Positions 58,801 to 64,000 of a stretch of 64,000 nt of DNA are shown here, piece after piece. The DNA comes from Nitrosopumilus sp. (GTDB lineage: Archaea; Thermoproteota; Nitrososphaeria; Nitrososphaerales; Nitrosopumilaceae), in NCBI GenBank assembly GCA_965205215.1, contig OZ242041.1:640001-704000 (forward strand), given 5' to 3'. The translations under genes and the position numbers were made by a program. Each line of letters opens with the position of its first letter. Within the stretch, counting starts at the first letter, position 1. The notes under the pieces are model-generated. The model ran no database searches, was not told the DNA's origin, and saw only the letters and a program-made list of their open reading frames with translations.

Positions 58801-61166
58801 ACGAGCTGCGCCACCCGAACCGGCAGCAGCAGAGCGGCAACAACAACTTCAACAACGCCATCGGCGGCGAAACGGCCACCACATACGTGGCCAACGACGG
58901 CAACCTCTACATCGTGCTGTCCTGGAGCACCAGTGACGCCATCCAGACGTTCCACATCCACGAGAACGGGCGGCTGGACGAGCTGGCCCATGTGGTGGAC
59001 AGCTCCAAGATGGACCTCGCCACGGACCTGTTCGTCTATACCGTTCAGGAGGGAACCTGCAAGACGCATACCGGCTGCAAGGTGTCTCCGGGCGATTCGG
59101 GCCTGGTCGTGAACCGGGGTGATCCCATTTACAAACAGTACGCCGCCGTCGCGGCGAGCCTCTCGAACTCCCTCCGTATAGTGGACGTGACCGACCCGCG
59201 CAGCCTCGGCACCGCAGCCCTCAGGGGCCAGATCACCGACAATGACGACATACTGCTTCAGGGCCCGTCGGGCGTCGCGCACTACCAGAAGGATGACCGG
59301 CACTACGCGGTGGTGGTGACAGATTCAGAGGACAGCGTTCAGATTATCGACGTTACCAACCCGAACAGCCCCACCGCCGCCGGCAGCCTGAGGGACAACG
59401 GCGATCTCGAACTGAACGGGGCCGAGGACGTTGCCATATACGCGGTGGGGGACCGCTCGTATGCGGTGGTGACCGGCAACACCGACGACGGCATCCAGAT
59501 TGTGGACATCACCAACCCGAACAGCATCTTCCCCGCCGGCCAGCTGGAGGACGACCACAGCCTACTGCTGGACAACCCCCGGGGCGTGGCCGTCCATGCA
59601 ATAGGTGACCGCCACTACGCGGTGGTGGCCTCCAGCGGCGACCACGGCATCCTGGTGGTGGACATCACCAACCCGCACAACCCCGTACCCAAGGCGAGCC
59701 TCGGCGACGGCCAAAGAGGCGCCGGCGAGCTTTATACCGCAACCGGCGTGGACACCTTCTCGATAGGAAACCGCCACTATGCAATAGTCGCGGCCAACAA
59801 CGACAACGGCGTGCAGATGGTGGAGATGGAAGTCCTGACCGCCGACGCCGGAGGCGACAGGGCGGTACCGGGCAGAATAGACAAAGTCGCCCTGGACGGT
59901 TCGGGATCCACCGTGTCCTCCGGCGCGACCCCCGCGTACCAGTGGACCCAGACGGCAGGGCCGCCCGTCACCCTGAACAGCGCCACTATAGCAAACCCCA
60001 ACTTTGTACCGCCCACCGCCCCCCAGACCCTCTCATTCCTGCTTACGGTATCGCACGGGATGAACGCCAGCGCCGTCGACACCGTCACCATAACCCTAGA
60101 GGGTGACCCGTCTGCCGATATTGAGAGCTTTGGCGGGCAGATAGCCGGCGACGTTACTGTCGGGACCGTCAACGACCCCGTTGGCAGCAGCAACAGCACC
60201 TCCCAATACATCTCCATGCACTTTGCCGGCGAGGGCGAGTCCAAATCCTTCACGTACCACCTGCTGGAGGCGACCAGCAGTACCGTCACCGTAGAGTTCA
60301 TGATGGCTATGGGTCCAGAGGGGTCAGGCATACCGGGCTATGCGTGGGACTTGCAGGCAGTATCCGTCTCGCCCCAGACGCTCACCTTCAACGGGACAAA
60401 CTGGTACACACCCAAGGCCGTGACCGTCACCCCCCAGACAGACGGGGACGACACATCCGAGCAGGTGATCATAGTAATCGTGTCTTCCGTCCCGGACAGC
60501 TACAGCGGCATCCACGTGACCGTCGATGACAGCGCCTCGCCCGTTGGCAACGTGGCCGGCGCGTCAGGCGGCCCGTTCGCCTTCGAGTCGCCGGGGCTAC
60601 CCGTCATCACCCTGTCGGGCCCCACCATAATGGACGTGCCGCTCAACTCCGCATGGACGGATCCCGGCTACACGGCGACCGACGCCGACGGCAACGACAT
60701 TACCGCCAGCGTCACCGTCACCGGGGCGGTGGACACCTCGCAGGAGGGAACCTACCTGCTGTACTACCAGGTGGCCGACGCATACGGCACCCCGGCCACC
60801 CCGCAGATCAGGACGGTCAACGTCGCGGCGCCCCCGCCCCAGTATCAGGCGCCCCCGCCCGGGCCCGAACCGGAGCAGCAGCCGCAGCAGGAGCAGCCGC
60901 AGCAGGGCTACGAGCCGGAGCCCGAGCCCGAGCCCGCGGAGCAGCCGCAGCAGGGCTACGAGCCGGAGCCCGAGCCCGAGCCCGCGGAGCAGCCGCAGCA
61001 GGGCTACGAGCCGGAGCCACGTACCCCGGTAGAGCGGTATGACAGCAACGGCGACGGCGCGATACAGCAAGGCGAGTGGAGCATCGCAATGTCCGACTAT
61101 GTTGACGGGGAACTCACGACCAAGGAGATCAAGGAGATAGCCGCGGCCAGGTGCTATTGTCACTAG
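52878..61166 (+). CDS. Giant secreted surface protein: 5x (LVIVD beta-propeller + PKD/Ig), DUF5011-like domain, Pro/Glu/Gln linker, EF-hand-like CYCH tail
   Basis: Signal ending AFA; YAVV...GIQIVDITNP LVIVD repeats; ADAG...VxLDGS...YQWTQTAG PKD; SD GGGGTGA before the GTG start. Confidence 0.92.
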   Translation: MTGRAHHIRIAAAVVAAAMAVAASGIAANDAFAEPEIDLVPRDSVADSDFTYLQGANQVEVFVQGNKRYAVVASTDESIHLLDITDPANINELRHPNRQQQSGNNNFNNAIGGETATTYVANDGNLYIVLSWSTSDAIQTFHIHENGRLDELAHVVDSSKMDLATDLFVYSVGGKHYAAVAASLSNSLRIVDVTDPRSLGTAALRGQITDNDDILLQGPSGVAHYQKDDRHYAVVVTDSEDSVQIIDVTNPNSPTAAGSLRDNGDLELNGAEDVAIYAVGDRTYAVVTGNTDDGIQIVDITNPNSIFPAGQLEDDHSLLLDNPRGVAVHAIGDRHYAVVASSGDHGILVVDITNPHNPVPKASLGDGQRGADELYTATGVDTFSIGNRHYAIVAANNDNGVQMVEMTEVTADARESQAVRAGQAVVLDGSASAVSSGMPPTYQWTQTAGPTVTLQDTNAARLNFTAPSGPSTLVFQLAVTHGGTTSTDVVTVSVAPDAATPVDNTAVGLTPRDSVADSDFTYLQGANQVEVFVQGNKRYAVVASTDESIHLLDITDPANINELRHPNRQQQSGNNNFNNAIGGETATTYVANDGNLYIVLSWSTSDAIQTFHIHENGRLDELAHVVDSSKMDLATDLFVYSVGGKHYAAVAASLSNSLRIVDVTDPRSLGTAALRGQITDNDDILLQGPSGVAHYQKDDRHYAVVVTDSEDSVQIIDVTNPNSPTAAGSLRDNGDLELNGAEDVAIYAVGDRTYAVVTGNTDDGIQIVDITDPHDIFPAGQLEDTLASDIRLDNPRGVAVHAIGDRHYAVVASSGDHGILVVDITNPHNPVPKASLGDGQRGADELYTATGVDTFSIGNRHYAIVAANNDNGVQMVEMTEVTADARESQAVRAGQAVVLDGSASAVSSGMPPTYQWTQTAGSTVTLQDANTARLNFTAPSGPSTLVFQLAVTHGGATSTDVVTVSVAPDAATSTGETAVGLTPRDSVADSDFTYLQGANQVEVFVQGNKRYAVVASTDESIHLLDITDPANINELRHPNRQQQSGNNNFNNAIGGETATTYVANDGNLYIVLSWSTSDAIQTFHIHENGRLDELAHVVDSSKMDLATDLFVYSVGGKHYAAVAASLSNSLRIVDVTDPRSLGTAALRGQITDNDDILLQGPSGVAHYQKDDRHYAVVVTDSEDSVQIIDVTNPNSPFPAGSLRDNGDLELNGAEDVAIYAVGDRTYAVVTGNTDDGIQIVDITDPHDIFPAGQLEDTLASDIRLDNPRGVAVHAIGDRHYAVVASSGDHGILVVDITNPHNPVPKASLGDGQRGADELYTATGVDTFSIGNRHYAIVAANNDNGVQMVEMTEVTADAGGDRAVRAGQAVILDGSTSTASSGATPAYQWTQTAGSTVTLQDANTARLFFTAPNSPLTLVFQLAVTHGGATSTDVVTVSVAPDAATSTGETAVGLTPRDSVADSDFTYLQGANQVEVFVQGNKRYAVVASTDESIHLLDITDPANINELRHPNRQQQSGNNNFNNAIGGETATTYVANDGNLYIVLSWSTSDAIQTFHIHENGRLDELASVVDSSKMDLATDLFVYSVGGKHYAAVAASLSNSLRIVDVTDPRSLGTAALRGQITDNDDILLQGPSGVAHYQKDDRHYAVVVTDSEDSVQIIDVTNPNSPTAAGSLRDNGDLELNGAEDVAIYAVGDRTYAVVTGNTDDGIQIVDITNPNSIFPAGQLEDDHSLLLDNPRGVAVHAIGDRHYAVVASSGDHGILVVDITNPHNPVPKASLGDGQRGADELYTATGVDTFSIGNRHYAIVAANNDNGVQMVEMTTVTADARESHTVRINQAVVLDGSASAVSSGATPAYQWNQTAGPTVTLQDTNAARLFFTAPSGPSTLVFQLAVTHGGATSTDIVTVSVAPDAATPVDNTAVELTPRDSVADSDFTYLQGANQVEVFVQGNKRYAVVASTDESIHLLDITDPANINELRHPNRQQQSGNNNFNNAIGGETATTYVANDGNLYIVLSWSTSDAIQTFHIHENGRLDELAHVVDSSKMDLATDLFVYTVQEGTCKTHTGCKVSPGDSGLVVNRGDPIYKQYAAVAASLSNSLRIVDVTDPRSLGTAALRGQITDNDDILLQGPSGVAHYQKDDRHYAVVVTDSEDSVQIIDVTNPNSPTAAGSLRDNGDLELNGAEDVAIYAVGDRSYAVVTGNTDDGIQIVDITNPNSIFPAGQLEDDHSLLLDNPRGVAVHAIGDRHYAVVASSGDHGILVVDITNPHNPVPKASLGDGQRGAGELYTATGVDTFSIGNRHYAIVAANNDNGVQMVEMEVLTADAGGDRAVPGRIDKVALDGSGSTVSSGATPAYQWTQTAGPPVTLNSATIANPNFVPPTAPQTLSFLLTVSHGMNASAVDTVTITLEGDPSADIESFGGQIAGDVTVGTVNDPVGSSNSTSQYISMHFAGEGESKSFTYHLLEATSSTVTVEFMMAMGPEGSGIPGYAWDLQAVSVSPQTLTFNGTNWYTPKAVTVTPQTDGDDTSEQVIIVIVSSVPDSYSGIHVTVDDSASPVGNVAGASGGPFAFESPGLPVITLSGPTIMDVPLNSAWTDPGYTATDADGNDITASVTVTGAVDTSQEGTYLLYYQVADAYGTPATPQIRTVNVAAPPPQYQAPPPGPEPEQQPQQEQPQQGYEPEPEPEPAEQPQQGYEPEPEPEPAEQPQQGYEPEPRTPVERYDSNGDGAIQQGEWSIAMSDYVDGELTTKEIKEIAAARCYCH
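52999..59830 (+). repeat. Five near-identical ~1410-1416-bp tandem coding repeats
   Basis: Shadow ORFs recur at 53036, 54446, 55862, 57278 and 58688. Confidence 0.95.
60891..61019 (+). repeat. 48-bp tandem repeat (EQPQQGYEPEPEPEPA), about 2.7 copies
   Basis: Directly visible in the sequence. Confidence 0.9.
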
Positions 61167-61740
61167 GCCGGACGGACTCAAAGGCACGGCCCCGGGCGGC
61201 TCCCGCGAATCAGGCTGCCGCATTACAAAGGGGAAGCGGCGCCGCCCGCAACCTTCCGAGTACGCCGGGAGGCGCCGTGCTAGCGGCATGGCACCGCGTG
61301 ACAAACTCGCCGGGACAGCCTACGGCGGGACGAGCGCTTCGCGGGCGCAATTCCTTCCGAGCAACCCCCGGCGACGACATCGTTTGGGATACTCCCGGGC
61401 CGCCGGACATGCAGGCACGGACCGGCGCGGTCCCGCCTGCCCCGTGATCTCCCCGGGGATGTTCCCCGGCGCGGCAAGACCGGGCTGCACCCCTGCAGGA
61501 TCCCCCCCCCTCCACCCCGCCGGCGCCTCCCGTGCATCCTCCATGGGCCAGATCGCTCGTGGGACGGATCCAAAGGCCGCGCCTTGATCTTGGCCCGTTC
61601 GCTCATTTTCCTACGTTGTCCGGGTTCGACCTGGGCCCGTACACGATCACGCCTGCCGCCCAACGGACCCGCATTCAGCGTCACGGGACGTAGCACCGGG
61701 ACTCCTAGGATCCACGCTTCGCGGAATTCGAATCGGGCCG

Positions 61741-61957
61741 GCCCGAACAGTCCCGGAAAATCAGCGCCTCGGAAGGATCCGTCAACCTATGCACCCCGCG
61801 CGGCCTTGCGGCACGCGGCTCCGACCAGATACATCGCACGGTGGCGCCCGGATGGATCCGCCGCCCCCGCCTCAGGACACATGCAAGTCACCGCGCGTAA
61901 TCGCGCGTTTTGCTTCAAGCCGGCCTTTGCGGCGTCTGCTCCTGCATGCGGCGCGAA
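61741..61957 (+). repeat. ~220-bp direct repeat, copy 2 (decayed, GC-shifted)
   Basis: Aligns to 37883-38101; the minus-strand frame LTDPSEALIFRDCSG stops soon after. Confidence 0.85.
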
Positions 61958-62089
61958 AAGCCGGAAGGGCCACATATGATATCGTGGCGAATCCAAGCCC
62001 GGCAGTGAATCAGGACAGGGCCGCAGTAGACATTAGTATTCACGCCATCGACGACGCGGGGATTGTGCCCCCCTCCACACAACGAACCG

Positions 62090-63538
62090 TCACGCATGCA
62101 CGGCCCTGCGCCTGATCAGGAATTTTCCGTCCGGCATGTCCTTTACCAGGTCCCACCCGTATGCGACGCTTGAGAGCAGCTCCTCACGCGAGATCATCCT
62201 TGTCTGGTATGGCGGCGCCCCGCGCGGGCCGTCCTGCGGCAGCTCCGGGTCTTGCGGCACCGCGACGGCCGGCGCCGGTTCGGGGACGGCGCCCCGCTCC
62301 TGCCCGGTTGTCCCTGCGCCGCCGCCGCCGCCCCCCGCCTGCATCCTTATGCTGGACGGGTCTATCCCGTACGCCCTGGCCTGCTGCCGCAGCGACTGCA
62401 GGAACATCTCCCTCCTGTGCCTGGCATCGTCCACGCTGCCCGCGCTCAGAAACGGCTCGCTCCTTGCAAAGGCGGCACGCATGTCCTCGATCATCTGCTC
62501 CGTCAGCCTTCCCTTGTTGGTGGTATACCTGGCCTCCATGTCGCCCGTGTGCCCCATGAAGAACTGCCTGTACGCGTGCGTCATGCACCCGCTGCTCTCG
62601 GCCATGAGGAGCTGCGTGTCAAAGTACGCGCGGAGCACGTAGGGCCTCGCCTTGATGGCGCTCCTGATTGCGGCCCTTATCGGGAACGTCACGGCCTTTG
62701 TGGTTATGAACTCCCGCCCGCCGCCCGCCCGCCGGCCCGTCATCCTCTTCCTGCATATCAGGGGCGAGTCCGGCCCTATCTTCTCGCCCGCGGCGGCGCG
62801 GCCGCGCAGGTACCCGAGGAGGTACGAGCATCCCTGGGACGTGAGGAACGTAAAGTACCTGTGGCCCGCCTTGCTTATCTGAGGCCTTATCGTAACCATT
62901 GCCGGCGTCCTTTCAAGCGAGACCGTACCCTTTCCGTCGCCGTCCGCGCGCAGGCCCTCCACGTCCGAGACGCGCAGCCCGTCGGTCCCGTCGTGGCTGC
63001 CTATCACCTGCGGCCGCACGCCGGCAAAGGCCATCAGGGACATGCAGGCGCGCGTGCGCGAATCCGCGGCGTTCATGATCGACTCGAGCTGCGCCGGGGT
63101 GGGCACCTGCTCGTCCTCCAGCGTCACGGGAATCCTGGCGTTTGCCACCTTTATCTTGCGCCGTATGTCGACATAGTTGTACGACAGCCACGACTTGAGC
63201 GCCTTTACCACGTCCTCTATGTATCCCGGCGCGTACTTTTGCGCCTCCATCCACGTCACATAATCGAGTATCGTGTCCTCGGCCCTCATGCTGTCCTCCT
63301 TTCCCGTCGCGACCATCTCGGCGGGGGTTATCCCGGTGTTCTTGTAGAACATGTTGAGCCGTCTTATGCGCGAGTCGGCGGTGAGCTGGCTTGAGCGCGC
63401 AAGGTTCGCGTGCCACCTTGCGACATTCTCGTCTGATTCCAACAGGCTCCTGGAAGATCCGCCCAACTTCTCCTCCAAGATCCCCAGTCTCGATTTAAGG
63501 CCGCTGGCGCCGGACTGTAATATATTCACATTATCCAT
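62090..63538 (-). CDS. Tyrosine recombinase/integrase
   Basis: GVRP (R), SKAG (K), PYVLRAYF (YxLR), FFMGH (H) and ARYT (Y); adjacent to tRNA; start moved to ATG 63538. Confidence 0.92.
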   Translation of the reverse strand: MDNVNILQSGASGLKSRLGILEEKLGGSSRSLLESDENVARWHANLARSSQLTADSRIRRLNMFYKNTGITPAEMVATGKEDSMRAEDTILDYVTWMEAQKYAPGYIEDVVKALKSWLSYNYVDIRRKIKVANARIPVTLEDEQVPTPAQLESIMNAADSRTRACMSLMAFAGVRPQVIGSHDGTDGLRVSDVEGLRADGDGKGTVSLERTPAMVTIRPQISKAGHRYFTFLTSQGCSYLLGYLRGRAAAGEKIGPDSPLICRKRMTGRRAGGGREFITTKAVTFPIRAAIRSAIKARPYVLRAYFDTQLLMAESSGCMTHAYRQFFMGHTGDMEARYTTNKGRLTEQMIEDMRAAFARSEPFLSAGSVDDARHRREMFLQSLRQQARAYGIDPSSIRMQAGGGGGGAGTTGQERGAVPEPAPAVAVPQDPELPQDGPRGAPPYQTRMISREELLSSVAYGWDLVKDMPDGKFLIRRRAVHA

Positions 63539-63688
63539 GCGGCAGAACCTCGCACGCATGCAGAGGTTCTGTAACTTCGGACCGCAACGTCGGGCTGACC
63601 CCGCCGCATTCACCCCGCATGGAGATCCCGGCGCCCGTTGCATGTGGCACAACCCCGAAGCTGCTTCCTCTAATGTGATCAGAAAAAG

Positions 63689-63762
63689 CGGGTCTAGAGG
63701 GATTCGAACCCACGACAGCAGGATTAAGAGTCCTGAGCGCTACCTGGCTGCGCCATAGACCC
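63689..63762 (-). tRNA. tRNA-Lys(CUU), probable integration site
   Basis: GGGTCTA acceptor stem, anticodon arm CAGGA-CTCTTAA-TCCTG, GGTTCGAATCC T-arm; no encoded CCA; T-tract downstream and ATTATAAT box upstream. Confidence 0.97.
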
Positions 63763-63889
63763 ACCGTTACAACCGGCGCAAAATTACTATTATAATCTTC
63801 AGATCCGCCTGGGCGCGGGGCCCCGTACCGGGACATGCGTGCAGGCGGCTAATATTCAGGATCTGGAAGCTGCAAAAGCACGGCGTTGC

Positions 63890-64000
63890 CTATCCTGTGA
63901 CGGCAAGCTCTTTCTGCTCTATCTGGTTGTACTTTTGTATGATGGCCGTCAGCGCGGTGGAGACCGGCACGTCGTTCATCTTTTTCTTCTCCTCGAGCAG
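63890..64000 (-). CDS. C-terminal end of a host gene (partial)
   Basis: LLEEKKKMNDVPVSTALTAIIQKYNQIEQKELAVTG*; too short to assign. Confidence 0.45.
   Translation of the reverse strand: MLEEKKKMNDVPVSTALTAIIQKYNQIEQKELAVTG

Larger units (their letters stand above)
1..63688. mobile_element. Integrative conjugative-type element (ICE), left boundary beyond window
   Basis: Tyrosine integrase directly 3' of a tRNA; VirB4, VirB6, PrgI-like, secretion ATPase, pilins and TA/defence cargo; no housekeeping genes in the span. No duplicated tRNA 3' end found in the window. Confidence 0.85.

Noticed and set aside
48296-59830. CRISPR array
   Set aside because: The repeats are 291 bp and ~1.41 kb, in-frame coding units with no unique spacers, and no cas genes are present.
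61167-61215. SECIS/PYLIS-like recoding element after CYCH-TAG
   Set aside because: There is no in-frame TGA and no convincing conserved coding continuation; kept only as a conserved 3' UTR.
37883-61957. Diversity-generating retroelement (TR/VR pair) suggested by A->G differences
   Set aside because: There is no reverse transcriptase in the window. The changes are transitions at both A and T in all decayed DNA, not strand-specific A->N.
63539-63652. Extended integrase N-terminus / SSV1-type split integrase
   Set aside because: The extension is not protein-like and the tRNA does not overlap the ORF; the gene looks intact from ATG 63538.
1-63688. Second att site, relaxase, VirD4, capsid or replication genes
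   Set aside because: I could not find them by eye in the window. They may lie to the left, so a provirus call is unsupported.

Overview
The window is archaeal and GC-rich. Gene content points to Nitrososphaerota/Thaumarchaeota, possibly a Cenarchaeum-like symbiont (inference). Almost all of it (1-63688) is one arm of an integrative conjugative-type element next to tRNA-Lys(CUU) (63689-63762), with a tyrosine integrase beside the tRNA. The second att site is not in the window. The backbone mixes T4SS-like genes (VirB4, VirB6, PrgI/VirB3-like) with a type IV pilus set (secretion ATPase, TadC/PilC-like platform, prepilin peptidase, pilins) and an AbrB / TFB-like / ParB-like / wHTH module. Low-GC toxin/defence-like islets interrupt it, and two of these islets are bounded by mini-transposon ends with target duplications. 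A ~24-kb cargo block bracketed by a decayed ~220-bp direct repeat holds a serine protease gene with an in-frame stop and two repeat-rich surface proteins that share a C-terminal EF-hand-like ...AAARCYCH tail. It also holds a nested IS structure: an IS66 (8-bp TSD) has an IS110-family element in each terminal inverted repeat, and each IS110 carries an IS5-family element at the same nucleotide. The IS110 5' non-coding end contains four 8-9-nt segments matching both halves of the IS66 TIR target and both halves of its own circle junction, which makes it a candidate archaeal bridge RNA with an unusual guide order. Decayed copies show near-exclusive A:T->G:C change.
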